Below, piece after piece: positions 45,089 to 57,240 of a DNA stretch of 64,000 nt (positions within the stretch are counted from its first letter, which is position 1; every line of letters begins with the position of its first letter). Origin of the DNA: Rebecca billardiae RCC1528 (Eukaryota > Protista > Haptophyta); the NCBI GenBank assembly GCA_965240325.2, contig OZ251234.1:1302001-1366000 (forward strand), written 5' to 3'. The translations under genes were made by a program, and so were the position numbers. The notes below the pieces were generated by a model. It worked only from the letters and a program-made list of their open reading frames with translations. It ran no database searches and was not told the origin of the DNA.

Positions 45089-45625
45089 CTATTCGGCTGA
45101 GCCCACGTTCGCAATGCGGATGATCTCGTCGATCGACTTGAGGCTGCTGTCGACCGACTGTTGCAAAGCCATCTCATCGCACTCGGGAGACGTCGCGGTG
45201 GTGATGGAGCGCATGATTGTGCGCTTCAGGTTGATCACGCTGTACGCCTCCTTCTCTGCGCTCATCGCGACGTTCGAGGCGCCCGTCATCACGTCGTCGC
45301 GCGCGCGGGAGAAGCCTTCGGCGGCACACAGCTTGCCACCATCGTCGTAGCTCTTGCGTAGCGCCTCAAACTCCGAGCGGGCCCGCCTGAGCCGCTCGAC
45401 GCCCTCCGCCTTCGACACGGTCAGCGCCGGTCCACCCGGCCCGCCCGCTGGCAGGTAGCGTTCATAGGTCTTGGCCATTTCGCTCGCCTCGCAGCGGCGC
45501 GTCGTGCGCGCGGCGAGTGTGCCCAGCCCTCCGATCACAGCCGCCCGGCGCGAGACCCCCGTGAGCCGCGGGGCGCCCTCGGCACCTGCCGCCACCGCCA
45601 GCAGCGCGACGAACGTGTGCCGCAT
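45089..45625 (-). CDS. Putative thylakoid-lumen protein (signal peptide + twin-arginine leader; helical, possibly PsbQ-like fold)
   Basis: MRHTFVALLAVAAGAEG, SRRAAVIGGLG, CEA cleavage-like site, amphipathic helices. Confidence 0.6.
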   Translation of the reverse strand: MRHTFVALLAVAAGAEGAPRLTGVSRRAAVIGGLGTLAARTTRRCEASEMAKTYERYLPAGGPGGPALTVSKAEGVERLRRARSEFEALRKSYDDGGKLCAAEGFSRARDDVMTGASNVAMSAEKEAYSVINLKRTIMRSITTATSPECDEMALQQSVDSSLKSIDEIIRIANVGSAE

Positions 45626-45809
45626 GACCGAGGAGGTTCCGATCGCGCGCTGCAATCACTGCAATGGCTGCTGCGCGAGCGATCACGTCGCAGCCATTTC
45701 CTACTACAATTGCATGTCCGTACAGTTTACCCTTATTTAGTTTACTAAAGTTATGTTTTTTTAAAAAGATAAGACTATCAATGCTGCAGACGATGATACG
45801 TCAGACGAT

Positions 45810-47360
45810 TCAGACAAGCGGCAACTTCGGCTCGACTCCAACTGCAACGTCATCACAGTCCCCTGCCCCTGGCTGACTCTGCGCGCCAGGCGGGGGCCTC
45901 ATCACCATAGCTGCCTGCTTCGACGTTGGGTCACTGTCTCCTCGCATCACGACAGATCCGCCTGCTGGGCCCTGAACCTGAGCCGCGTGGCTGCCATCGG
46001 TGCGAGAGGCGGTCAGGTGCCTGTCGATGAGGCGGTACAGGGCCCGCCGCGCGGGCTCTTCCACCCAGCGGTGAGTCGCCGCACTCACCACCGCCACGAG
46101 AGCCATGGCTGGCACAACGTCCCGCCCGCGAAGCAGCGGAGGGGCCGACCAGCCGGCAAGATAGCGCTGCGCGATCCCATCGTCCGGCGCGCGCGGAAGG
46201 CCCCTCAGCCACGCGTAGATGTAGAAAAGAGGCCAGTGCATGCAGTACCAAGAGTAGGAGACCTTGCCGAGCCACAGGAGGGGCGCGCGCGTGAGGAGAC
46301 GCTCGGCCGCGCAGCCCGGCGCACGCGTCAGCGCGTAGAGCCAAAGCGCAAACGCAGGCGCGACCAGCAGGTCAGACGGGTACGCGAAGGCGTCCCACGC
46401 GATGAGCGAGGCGGCATGCCCATAGGTGTGGGCGAAGAGCAGCGGCACGCAGAGATGGGCGAGCGTGAAGAGCGCGTACCCCAGCGCGCAGCCGTTGGCG
46501 ACAACGGCCCAGCGCGAGGAGGGCATGGCGCTCGTCGCCGACAAGAGACTGTCGCCGGTGCCGACCGCTGTCTTGGCTGCGCCCGCTCCGAGCAGCGCGT
46601 GGCTGCCCACCACTGCCCCCATCACGCACACCGGGAGCTTGTTCAACGGATGCATGCGCGCAACCATGCGTGCCTGGTGCAATAGCCGGGCAGTGGGCGC
46701 GAGCGAGGCCGGCTTCGGCTTCAAAGGTGACACCGTGCACATGAGGACCACCGCGGTCAGCACCCAGAGCAGCATGTACGCGAGCCACAGCCGGATGCAC
46801 AGCTCGACGACACGCGGCGCCGCGCGTGCCTTCTGCACGTGCCGCTGGATCGCGGGGAAGGCCGCGTAGAAGAGCACGAGGCCGTTCACAAAGAAGAGCG
46901 GCACGTTCACAAAGACAAAGCCCGGCACCCACGCTTGCACGCAGAGCAGGTTGAGCACAACCTCGAGTGGCATGTACCACCACGCGGTGGACAGCGCTTC
47001 GCGCCCACCCTTCAGGAGGGCGGTGACCGGCGTGCTAACCGCGACCGACAGCCAGTAGACGGGGCCCAGTCGCGCGAGCCGCCGCGCCCAAAATCGGCGC
47101 GCGAAAGGACCCCACCCGCGCGACTCTGACGTGGGAGCGTCGTTGTTGGCGATGCACGTCACGAATCCGGCCAGCACGTAGAAGAGCTGCACGGCCGCCA
47201 CACCGTTGAAGTACACGAGTGGCTGGTAGAGCATCATGGTGTAGAAGTGGCCTAGGCTCACCTGGATCGTTGCGATGCCGCGTAGACCGTCGAAAGCGGC
47301 GGTATGCACGCGCGGGGGATGTGGGGTGGCATCGACGCTCGACGGCGTCGTCGAAACCAT
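45810..47360 (-). CDS. Acyltransferase-3 (OafA/YrhL) membrane O-acyltransferase
   Basis: FDGLRGIA...GHF, AVQLFYVLAGF, FWARRLARLGPVYW, WLGKVSYSWYCMHWP, HRWVEEPAR. Confidence 0.92.
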   Translation of the reverse strand: MVSTTPSSVDATPHPPRVHTAAFDGLRGIATIQVSLGHFYTMMLYQPLVYFNGVAAVQLFYVLAGFVTCIANNDAPTSESRGWGPFARRFWARRLARLGPVYWLSVAVSTPVTALLKGGREALSTAWWYMPLEVVLNLLCVQAWVPGFVFVNVPLFFVNGLVLFYAAFPAIQRHVQKARAAPRVVELCIRLWLAYMLLWVLTAVVLMCTVSPLKPKPASLAPTARLLHQARMVARMHPLNKLPVCVMGAVVGSHALLGAGAAKTAVGTGDSLLSATSAMPSSRWAVVANGCALGYALFTLAHLCVPLLFAHTYGHAASLIAWDAFAYPSDLLVAPAFALWLYALTRAPGCAAERLLTRAPLLWLGKVSYSWYCMHWPLFYIYAWLRGLPRAPDDGIAQRYLAGWSAPPLLRGRDVVPAMALVAVVSAATHRWVEEPARRALYRLIDRHLTASRTDGSHAAQVQGPAGGSVVMRGDSDPTSKQAAMVMRPPPGAQSQPGAGDCDDVAVGVEPKLPLV

Positions 47361-47549
47361 TGTGCAGGCAGCTGCTGCGTGCCGCGGCGTAGGGCGTGGT
47401 GCCCGCCGCGGCGCCGCGCTGCACGTGTGCGAGCGATGCGCGGTCGTGCAGGGAGCGCGCTTCATCCGCCCTCGGACCAGTCCGGACTCACCACGCGGTG
47501 ACGCGGCTTCGCGAGTTATCTACGGAACTTGTAGCTGCCCGTCCACGCC

Positions 47550-48407
47550 ATGCTCGCGTTCGTCGTGCTGGCGGCGACAAGCTCGACGTCGCGCGCGATC
47601 ATCACGCCTATCGGTCCCTTCTGCCCCTTCCGATCAAAGGCGTGCGGCGATGGTGGCCCTATCGACACGTTCATGTCGCGCGCGTCGTCCAAGGTGCCGA
47701 GCTTTGCGGCAGACATGGCGCGCTTGCAGTTGGATGCGCAGATGGGCAACGCGCCCGACCTGGGCCGGCTGCGCGAGCTCACAGACGAGCTCGACACCAC
47801 TTTCCGCGCGTGGCAGCAGATGCTGGAGGCGATGGACGCGTCGCAGGACTTCCAGGCGCTCGAGTACTTCACACTCACGCGAGCGCACCTCGCCAGGAAA
47901 GGGCAGTCGTTCGAGTCGCTCTCGCAGGCGATTGGCTGGCAGGTGGAGGCGATGCGCGCGGTGTGCGAGGATCGCCCGCCGCCGCCGCCCCCCGACATGC
48001 CCCTCGAGGCGGCCGCATCCGCGGGCTCTCTCGGTGCGTCCTCGCTCGCGCCGCCAACGATCGACGCTCCGCCGTTCACAGATGGCGCAGCGGCCTTCGA
48101 GTCAGAGGTGGTGCGGGACGAGTACTCGGCGCTCGTGCGGGACCACGCGGCGCTCGTCGCCATGGGCGAGCGGTACGGCAGCTTCGATCCGCGAGGCAAG
48201 CTCGCCTTCCTCGACGAGATCGAGAAGATTGAGGCGCGGTGGGACACTTTCTTCGCCCGATTTGTTTTGCTCGGCACACTCAACCCCGAGTTCACTGAGC
48301 AGGGCGAGCGCTTCCTCGAGGCGCTCGAGCTGGGGCAGGGCGAGTTTCGCGAGCTGCTGCGTGATGCGCACGAGCGGATGCGCACATCGGCCAAGCGCGA
48401 CCTGTGA
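47550..48407 (+). CDS. Plastid-targeted protein with C-terminal DUF1825-like domain
   Basis: Signal peptide; FESEVV...LVAMGERYGSFDPRGKLAFLDEIE...RWDTFFARF resembles cyanobacterial DUF1825. Confidence 0.78.
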   Translation: MLAFVVLAATSSTSRAIITPIGPFCPFRSKACGDGGPIDTFMSRASSKVPSFAADMARLQLDAQMGNAPDLGRLRELTDELDTTFRAWQQMLEAMDASQDFQALEYFTLTRAHLARKGQSFESLSQAIGWQVEAMRAVCEDRPPPPPPDMPLEAAASAGSLGASSLAPPTIDAPPFTDGAAAFESEVVRDEYSALVRDHAALVAMGERYGSFDPRGKLAFLDEIEKIEARWDTFFARFVLLGTLNPEFTEQGERFLEALELGQGEFRELLRDAHERMRTSAKRDL

Positions 48408-48573
48408 ATGCACGCGTGGCTGGACCCGCCACCGAGGGGCGTGACTCATGAACCGCGCGACAGTGAGTTGACTGGTGATGATGATTGATGATCGCGCGGC
48501 GGTGACTCGCCCTTCGGGCTTACTAGTTACTGCCCTTAGCAGGTTACTTAGGCCTTAGGCTTAGCTAGCCTCA

Positions 48574-48576
<3 letters not shown>

Positions 48577-48641
<65 letters not shown>

Positions 48642-48670
48642 ATATATATATATCATATATATATATATAT
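48577..48670. repeat. (TA)n microsatellite
   Basis: Direct reading. Confidence 0.95.
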
Positions 48671-48995
48671 CAGCACAGTGACGTCGATCATTGGCTGGCT
48701 GCGGATCATCATCAATCATATATCATCATCATCTGTCTCCACAAGGGTATGCACGCAGCCGGTTGCTCGTCGCCTTGGCCGCGCTGCCAGTGTCGGCGAG
48801 CCGCGAGGGCGGGAGGGCAAAGTCCTCGCGGAGCAGCTGAAGCACGGCGACTCGGAGGACGAGCTCAAGCCGTGCGCCGCGGTTTCACACAGCGATGGCC
48901 AGAAGCTGCTGTCGTCTGTGCCCATCCCCGACACCAGCTCGATACGTCGTCCGACGGCCCTCGAGCACCGAGGCGCAGCTGGATCCGGATATAGA

Positions 48996-50226
48996 TCAAG
49001 ACGCCTTCGGCTTCTGCTCCGCAGCGCGCTGGCCCGGCGGCGTGGTGGGTGCGGGCGGCTCGGCGCCGCAGAGCTGGCAGAACAGGCTGAAGTCATCGCC
49101 ACGCTTCACGGCGGCGCGCACCCAGAGGTTGTACCCGAGCTCGTCGCCAAGCCGCGACGGCACCGTCGGCGCGCGTCGCCCGCGCTGCGCGCGCGCCTGC
49201 GCCAGCTTGATGCGCAGCTGCTCGTTCCCCGACAGCCGCGAGGCCGCCTGCGTGAGCAGCATCAGCGTGTACTCGTGGCCCGGGCACATCAGAGTGTCCG
49301 GGGACACCGCGCTGAAGAGCCGGCCCAGGTCGTCGTACATGAGGGCGGCGGAGCGCTCGAAGAGGGCGCCGCAGCCGCCGACGAAGAGGGCATCGCCCGT
49401 GAACAGGAGCGGCGGCGCCTCCGCGGCCGCCGCGCCGCCGCCTGCCGCTGGCGCGCGCGACACCTCGTAGCAGATGGAGCCTCGCGTGTGCCCGCGCAAC
49501 CCGTGGCAGCGCACGCGCAGCGCGCCGCCTGCCACGGCGAAGTCGTCGGCGTGGCGCACGAAGCGGCTGGCGCACGGCACCCGCCAGCCCTCCTCCGCGC
49601 CGCCGACCACCTCGGCCTCCGGCCACGCGGCCTTCACCCGCCGGTTGCCGCCCGAGTGGTCCCAGTGCCAGTGCGTCGTGAGCACGTGCGTGAGCGTGAG
49701 GCCCTGCTCCGCGACAAAGCGCAGGATCACCTCGGGGTCGGCGGCGTCGACGGCGATGGCGCGGCGCTCCGGGTCCGCCGCGTCGAAGACAACGTACCCG
49801 TAGTTCCCGCCGAAGATCTCGCCGAGGATGGGCAGCACCGCCAGGCGCAGCGACGAGCCTGTGCGCTCCTCGCCCACGATGGACGGCTGCGTGCCGCCCG
49901 CCTGCGGTGGCTGCGGCTGGCCCTTCTTGGTGTGCGCGATGTGCCCGAGCACGAGGTGCGTGATGCGCGTGCCGAACAGGCCATACCTGCCCAGCCGAGG
50001 TGCGGTCACGCCCGCGCCGCCCGCACGTGAGGGCGAGACGGCGCGCGGAGGTTTGGCGCACCGAGCCGCACGCGATTGCGGCGCCGCGCGCGCACATGAC
50101 ACGCAGGATGAGCGGAAAGGCGGGGCACGGGTCGTCGACGCCGAGGCGGGCGAGGGTCGAGATGTAGTAGCAGATGCCGGCGAAGCCGCCGAGAGAGCCA
50201 ATCCCCCATTTGGCGAGCCACCACAT
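48996..50226 (-). CDS. Hydroxyacylglutathione hydrolase (glyoxalase II / PNKD-like) with hydrophobic N-terminus; intron 49987-50095
   Basis: NYGYVV, THWHWDHSGGN, GHTRGSICY, LFTGDALFVGGCG, PGHEYT, TVPSRLGDELGYN; splicing gives ...LILRVM|YGLFGTR. Confidence 0.88.
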
Positions 50227-50727
50227 GCCGCCCGAGCGCCACTGAGTCCGTTGCCGCGCGCCTCGAGGACGCGATACTGCTGCGCGTCCGCGCCGTCTCT
50301 TTTCCTCGTAGTCGGAGATTGCATCTGCCGGCGCGACAGCAAAACGCGATCGACAGATCTAGAGTGACTTGGCGGGCGTCAATCTCCCGCCTGCCTGATC
50401 AAGAGAGCGCTGTGAGCAAACTGTAGGATCACGTGCGACACTGCGCGTATCCCACAGTACCTGACGCGGCTCGGTCGACAGTTGACAGTTGGCGTGCCCC
50501 TTGAGCGCGAGCCGGAATTGATTGAGGCCGCGCGAGTGGCAATCGAACTGCCGATGGGACCATTGCTGAGGCTGCTGAGGCTTCGCATTGGATGATGGGT
50601 GGCCACCGACGACGGACGGTTCTCGGACGACGTCCGACTCCGACGGTTCTTGAGCGCGATCGCCGCATGCCGACTCGGCGCATGCACGGCGAGGGCTCGT
50701 CGGCGCGCCCCCGGCAGGACGGCTGGC

Positions 50728-53287
50728 TCAGCTGCTCCGCCCGCCGCCCGCCTCGTCCTCCGCCATCGCCGCGCGCAGCGCGGCGCTGAGCACGGCGCCC
50801 ACAGCGGCGGGCGTCATCTCGGGTCGAAGCACGGTGAAGACCTCGACCGCTCCGCCGGGGGGGGGAGCCGCGCCCGCGCGGCCTGCGCACGAAGCAGTGG
50901 CCGCCGTGCTTGCCGAGCCGGGCGTGCGCGGCGCGCACGCGGCGCCGACGCTGCCCACGCGCACCGCGCACCACTCGGGCGCCGCCTTGGCCAGCGCGCG
51001 CAGCCGGCCGCGCATCTCGTCGCACGAGCCGTGGCAGTGCGCTGACTCTGCCACGAGCTCAGCCAGTCTGCCAAGCGGCATGGCGCGGCGGCCGCCGTGC
51101 GCGCGCAGACACGCGCGCACGCTGCTCGCGAGCGCGGGCAGCGCGCGCAGCTCGTTCAGCACGCGGTTGCCCTCCTGCGCCACGCGCTGCGCCTGCCGCT
51201 CCGCCTGCCGCCGCCGCACGTCCGCCAGCAGCTGCGGCGGCAGGCCGTCGAGCGAGGCCGGCAGCGCGGCGGCGGACGAGGCGGCGGCGTCGGGCCGGCG
51301 CGCGGAGGAGGCGGCGGCGGCGGTGGCGCCGAGCCGGGCGGAGGGCAGGGGCGTCGCGTCCGCGGCGCGCGCGCAGCTCGCCGCGGCGGCGCCCGCGCCG
51401 AGCGGCGAGCCGAGCGCCGAGCCGAGCACGCACGAGCTCGCGGCGCCGGGGCGGCACGCGGACGCGGGCGGCCGCGCGGCCGCGCCCCGCGGGTGCGGCG
51501 GGTGCGGGGAGAGGGCGGAGTGTGCGGCGCAGCTGGGGGACGGCGCGTGCGCGGCGGACGCGGCGCCGCGCTTGCGCGCCGCGGCCTCGAGGGCGCGCTG
51601 CACGGCGGGGCTGCGCGCGGGCGTACGCGCCGCCGCGTGCCCAGGCTCGCCGTCGTGCGCGCCGGCTGAGGGCAGCGCGTCGCGCGCGGCCGCGTGCGCG
51701 CCGTGCGCCGAGCCGTGCGCTAGCTGCGCGGGCGGCGGGCAGAGGTGCGTGGCGGCGGAGGCGGGCGTCGCGGGCGCGCGGCGAGCGCCGGGAGCGCGCG
51801 GCGGCAGCGGGGGCGGCAGCGGCGCGAGCTCCACGCCCGCGACGCCCGGGCTCGCGTGCCCAGCCGGCGAGCCCGCGCCGCCACCGCCCGCCACCGCCGC
51901 GCGGCGCGCGCACTCCTGCAGGCGCGCCCGCACGAGGGCGCGCCGCCGGATGCCTTGGGCCGAGCTGTTGGCGAGCTGGCGCTGGCTCATCGCGCCGGTG
52001 CGCGCGGCGGGTGGGTCGGCGCCAACCGCGTCGGTGCTCGCCGACGGCGCGTGCACGCCGTGCCGCGCGCCACTCGCGCCGCCGCCGGCGCCGGGCGAGT
52101 GCGCCGCCGCCGCGCCCGACGCGGGGGCGCCCACCGCGGCGCCGTGCGAATGCGCCGCCGCCGGTGGTGTGGGCTGGGCGTCGTGGGCGTCAGCGCTGTC
52201 CGCGCCGAGCTCGACGAGCTCAAGCCCATAGTCCGCGTCGGCGCCGAAGCTCGCGCCGCTCGTGAGCGCGCTGCGACTCGCCGAGGCGCCCCCCGCCCCG
52301 CCCCCCCGCGCGTCCTGCGCGCGCGCGGGCGCGAGGCTGTGGGCGCGCAGGGCGCCTGCACCCACGCTCAGGAGCTGCTGGAGGGTGCTCAGCGAGAACT
52401 GGCTGCGCGGCACGGGCGGGGGTTCGGGCGCGTGAGCAGCCAGCGCGCAGGGCGGGCCCCGGCGCGGGCGGCTCGCCTCGCGCGCCGCGCGATAGCACGG
52501 GCCAGCGCGCGGCGCGCGCGCGCGCGCGCGGGCGCGCGCCGCGCGCATGCATGCGGTGCGTGCGCGCGCGCGCGCGCGCGCGCCGCGCGCACCGCTTGGT
52601 GATGCGCTCGATCGGGCCCTTGACGGCGGCGTAGGTGCACTGCTGGCCGCGAGCGAGCAGGAACCCCATCGCCGTCTCGAGCGCGCAGTACTGCGCCTCC
52701 AGCCGCGCGAGGCTCGTCGGCAGCACCGTGTGTGCGCCACGCGCCCGGCCGGGCGAGAGCGCCACGCTCGGCGCGTGCCGCGGCGTCTTGGCCGCGCTCC
52801 GGGCGGCGTGCGCGAGCGAGGCGTCGCTGGCGGCGCGCGAGGCGGGCGTAGCAGGCACGGCTGAGCGCGCCGCCGAGGGCGTGCTCGCTCGGGGCCGCGA
52901 GCCGGCACGCGGCGAGTGCGCGCCGCCCGCGCTCGCCGGTGGCGTGCGCGAGCGCGCGCGCGCGCGAGCCGGCGTCTCGGGGGGGGCGGTCGGCGTGGCG
53001 GCGAGGGATGCGCGCGGCGACGGAGGGTGCGGCGGGGTCGAGCTCCGCCCGCCCCCGCCCACGCCGCCGGCGCCGCCCGCGCCACGCCCCGCCTCGCACA
53101 GCTGCGCGCCGCGCGGCCGACGCGACACGATCGCTCCCATCGGAAGCGCCGGCTCGTCGGCGACGGCGGTGGCTCGCGCGCGCTTGGCGGGGTCGTCGGC
53201 CTCGCCGGCGGCGAAGACATCCTCGAGCTTGCGCTTCCGGTGCGTCGACGGATTGCGCGCGCGCGGCGCCTTCTCGGCGCGCTGCAT
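50728..53287 (-). CDS. CDT1: DNA replication licensing factor Cdt1-like; intron 52403-52592 (alternative start 53494)
   Basis: LPTSLARLEAQYCALETAMGFL...TYAAVKGPIERITKRQFSLSTLQQL (geminin-binding winged helix); LDGLPPQLLADVRRRQ...LPALASSVR...LAKAAPEWC (C-terminal winged helix). Confidence 0.8.
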
Positions 53288-53520
53288 GGTCGCGACGCAC
53301 GGGGTGTGTGCGCTCGCCGTCGGCTCCCGCGGCCGCAAGGCTGGCAGCGCGTGCCGAGCAGCCTCAGCGGCAGGCTGCGCAGCTCTGTGCACCAGTCCTG
53401 TGCCTGCCCAGCGCAGCATCGCCCACCGCCGCCGTGAAGGCGCGAAAACTTTGGCGCCATCCGCGCGCTCCGGGAGCTTGCTCGTCGAGGGCATCCGGAC
53501 AGCGGCGGGGCGGGTCGCCG

Positions 53521-55478
53521 ATGGCCGGCCGCGGGTCGAGCACGCGCGAGCCGCTGCTCAGCCGCTTGACCGGCGGCGGCGCGGACAGCCACGTGGCCGT
53601 GCGGCCGTCCCGATCGCGCCTACGCCTCTTGACGCCTTGCCCCGAGGCGGCGGCGCGGTGCGCTGCTGGTGCCCTCGTTCTGCTCCCAGCGTCGCTGCTA
53701 GCCCTCCTGGTCGTGGCCACCCCGCTGCGCGACGCGCCCACGCGGCGCGGCGCGCCCGGCCTCGGCTCGACCGGCGTGCACCCTGCGCACCCTTCGGCCC
53801 CAGTCGCTCACGCGCGCGTCATCGTCGCCTCGCCCGCCAACGCCGCGTCCGTCGGCCTGAGGAGTGACGCGCGGCTTGTGCTGAGCGCCGACTTTGCGCG
53901 GGGCGATGGGCTGGACCGCGCGGTGTGGAACGTTGCGGACTCGCTCTTCGACCCGAACAACTCGTTCCAGCAGTACAGAGACGACCCGGCAAACGTGTAC
54001 ATCAACCGCACGGATGGCACGCTGCGGCTACGGCCACAGCTCTTCGCCGAAGGGCCGCCCGTGCGCGTGCGCGTGCGCGCGGAGGCGGCGATGGCAGAGG
54101 CAAGCGAGCTCGGCCGCGTGCTGCGCACGGGTGCGCCTCCGCCGTGCCCGCATCGGGGCGTACCCGACGGTTCCAGCGCGCACGCCGCACACGGCGGCGT
54201 CGGCGCGGCGGACCCGTGCGCGCCGCGCGCCGAGGGCGCAGCCAACGACTCTGTCCGCTGGGTGCCCGCAGCGGCGGTGCTCAGCGGCGACTGCGAGCCG
54301 TGGCCGGACTGCGCGACGCTGCTGCTGGAGAAGTGCACGTACGACGAGCGGCTCGACGGCTACCCGGGCGCGCCCCCGGGCTGCGTCGCCGTCGGCGGCG
54401 CGTGGAAGCAGGGCGAGGGCCGCGACGTCGTCAAGCCGGTCACGTCCGGCCGGATCGACACGCGCGGCAAGCTCGAGTTTGCGTACGGCCGGCTGGAGGT
54501 GGAGGCGCGGCTGCCAGCGGGGGACTGGCTGTGGCCGGCGTTCTGGCTGCTCGGCGCGACGGGCGCGTACGGCCCGTGGCCGCTGATCGGAGAGATTGAC
54601 CTCGTCGAGTCCCGCGGCAACGCGCCGGGCTTTGACGTGCAGGGGCAGGGCGCAGGCCGAGACGTGGTCGCCTCGTCGCTGCACTACGGCGCCAACTGGT
54701 GGTTCCACAACCTGCAGGCGGTGGGCACCGCCCAGCTCGACGGCGGCGCCGACGACGCCGCCGCGCAACCGCCCGACTTCTCCGAGCGCTTCCACACGTT
54801 CGGGCTGTTCTGGGCGAACGACTCGATGTATACGTACGTGCTGGACAGGAGGGGGCGGGAGCAGCGGGTGCTGGATGTGACGCAGGGGATGCGGACGGGC
54901 TTCTTCGACGGGCCGCTCGGCCGCGGCGCGCCGAAGCCGTCCAACCCGCGCGTCGCGCGCGACGAGACGTCCGACGTGCTGCGCGGCACCGCCGACCCGT
55001 ACGCGGGCGCGCCCGCTAACGCGCCGTTCGATCTCCCGTTCTATCTCGTGCTCAACGTCGCAGTGGGCGACCTGCGCCACGGCTGTCCAGAGTGCGTGCC
55101 GTGCGAGCGGCGCAGGCGGGGCGAGCCGCGCCTCCCGCGCTGCGCCTACCCACCCCTTGCGCACCGCGACGCCCACGCCCGCCCCCCCCCCGCCTGTCTG
55201 TGCCACCCGGCGCCGGTTGGTGTCATCGCGCGCTTTTCGCGCGACACGGCGCACGCAGCCCCCAGTACTTTGGCCGGCAGTCCATCTGGTGCCGTCCCAA
55301 CTGCAGCGCGGACGCCGGCCAGCGCCCACCCGACCGCTCGTTGCACCCACGGACGTGCGATCGCACGGCGGCCGCCGAGTTCTGGGCGCAGCGCGATGCG
55401 TGGCTGCCGAGCTGGCGCGAGGCGGAGGCGCGCGACCGCTTGTCCCTGGCGATCAGGTCGATCAAACTTTGGCAATAA
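53521..55478 (+). CDS. Membrane-anchored GH16 beta-1,3-glucanase (GNBP/CCF-like subgroup); intron 55092-55258
   Basis: PVTSGRI, YGRLEVEARLPAGDWLWPAFWLL, WPLIGEIDLVESRGN (ExDxxE), FHTFGLFW, APFDLPFYLVLNVAVG, final exon LAIRSIKLWQ. Confidence 0.92.
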
Positions 55479-55702
55479 TGACGATACAGTAGGCGGCGCG
55501 GTGATCATCGTCAGAGTCGTAGACGACGGCACCCGGAGGGCGGTCACCGCCAGCAGACACTACTCACTAGACAGCAGTCACGTCGTAGCTGACGACGTCG
55601 TGGCTATGTCACAGAACTGATGTCAGACGAAGTACTTGAATGAAGAGTGGGCGCACCTGCTAAGACTCGTTGTGGCTCGCCTACCGTCATCAGAAATCAG
55701 AA

Positions 55703-57160
55703 TCAGCAGAAGTACTTCAGTGGGTGCACCTCGTTGGCGTAAACTCGGCGCTCTGTGCCAAATGCGTCAAGCACAGGGACAATTGGCGGCGGCTTCTGTC
55801 GGAGCGCGGCGAGTGGTATGCTCGGGTCGAGCCCGACGTACGACCGCCCGACCTTCTTGCCGTGCCCCGCGCACCACGGCGAGTCGAGGCTGAGGTACGG
55901 CACGACGCAATCGCCCCCTTTGAAGGCGTTCGACAGTGCGAGTGCCTGCCGACCGAGGTTGGAGGTGAACTTGACGACGAGCGCGTCACAGTCGGCAAGC
56001 AGCAGCAGGTCAGTCATCGCAGCGAGCGCGTCGGCGCGCGGGTCGAAGGCGGGCTGCGTCTCGCCTTCGTCGCCCTGGCTCTGCTTGCCCTTCAGCACAG
56101 CATCCATCAGATCCAGGTAGTACATCGAACGGTTGAGCTCGATCGCGTACACCTTGCTCGGGCCAGACACGCCGAACAGCTCAAAGGCGTTGGCGCGCGC
56201 CTCTGCGATGATCGCCTCGTCGTCCGTGGCGATGAAGACGGCGCCGAGGCCGTGCGCAGCGACCATCGCGCGCGCGTACGGCGCGTACGCGCGCAAGCTG
56301 TCACACCGCCGCGCCGCCTTCGGGTTGAACGCGCCGTCCTCGAAGCCGCGGCTCGCGTTTCGTTCGTCCACCATGCACGTGTCGCCGCGCCGCACGTGGA
56401 GGCCGAGCACGCGGTCGCCGCGCTGCCAGCCCCACGCGTGCTGAAGCGTGCGGAGGTGCTTGAGCAGGGTGGGGCCCGGCCGGAGGATCCGTGCCGCCAC
56501 CTGCGAGGTCCACCAGAAAAGGCTCTTGCGCCCGGCGTACGGCTCCGGCACCCACGCATGGTTGTGCTGCGCGTAGTCGGAGGACTGTGTGAGCTGCGAT
56601 GGCGCTGACTGCTCGGGGCAGTGCGGCGCCGTCGGGAGCAGGCTGAGGCAGTCGCTCATCCGCTGTGTCGGGCAGAGCGGCCGGCGGTATTGCGCGTCGA
56701 CGAACGCCACGCCTTTCTCGAAGACGTGCGCGAAGAGCACGAAGAGCGAGCCAACCTCGGCGCCGATGCCCCAACGGCTGGTCAGCCTCGGCCGCACGTT
56801 CCTCCCCTTCTCCGAGCACGTAGGGTCGGGCAATCCCGCCCTCAGGCACGCGCACTGCGCGAGGCGCGTGAAGTTCTTCTGCAGCGCGACTGCCTCCGGG
56901 TCTGGCGCGCACGTCCGCAGCAACGAGCGCGCGCCCACGCCCACGCCCCCTGGCAGAAATCGATCCAGCTCCGGGAACGAGCTCACCTTGTCCTCGGCAA
57001 GGAGCGAGATCGTGTTCGCTGGTGCGCCAATACGGCGGAATGGTGACGACCGCAGGCCCGTCTCCACGCCGCGCGGATACGGCTCCGACTCCTGCCGGCC
57101 AGCCACGGCCACACTCACCAAGATAAGCATCATCCAGTGTGTGGGCAAGCCGCCCGCCAT
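55703..57160 (-). CDS. GT23-like (alpha-1,6-fucosyltransferase / NodZ fold) glycosyltransferase
   Basis: Signal or anchor peptide; LGLHVRRGD, VFIATDD, DLLLLADCDALVVKFTSNLGR, YLSLD. Confidence 0.85.
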   Translation of the reverse strand: MAGGLPTHWMMLILVSVAVAGRQESEPYPRGVETGLRSSPFRRIGAPANTISLLAEDKVSSFPELDRFLPGGVGVGARSLLRTCAPDPEAVALQKNFTRLAQCACLRAGLPDPTCSEKGRNVRPRLTSRWGIGAEVGSLFVLFAHVFEKGVAFVDAQYRRPLCPTQRMSDCLSLLPTAPHCPEQSAPSQLTQSSDYAQHNHAWVPEPYAGRKSLFWWTSQVAARILRPGPTLLKHLRTLQHAWGWQRGDRVLGLHVRRGDTCMVDERNASRGFEDGAFNPKAARRCDSLRAYAPYARAMVAAHGLGAVFIATDDEAIIAEARANAFELFGVSGPSKVYAIELNRSMYYLDLMDAVLKGKQSQGDEGETQPAFDPRADALAAMTDLLLLADCDALVVKFTSNLGRQALALSNAFKGGDCVVPYLSLDSPWCAGHGKKVGRSYVGLDPSIPLAALRQKPPPIVPVLDAFGTERRVYANEVHPLKYFC

Positions 57161-57240
57161 CGTGATCACGAGACAGCGAGGGCAAAGTCTCGGCCAGTTG
57201 GCTCGGCGGGAAACGGGCGGCAGTACTTTAACTTCTTGCG

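Noticed and set aside
50728-53592. 954 aa ORF as a single-exon gene
   Set aside because: Only its 3' part is coding; the Cdt1 N-terminal domain is in the 52220..53494 frame and joins through an intron
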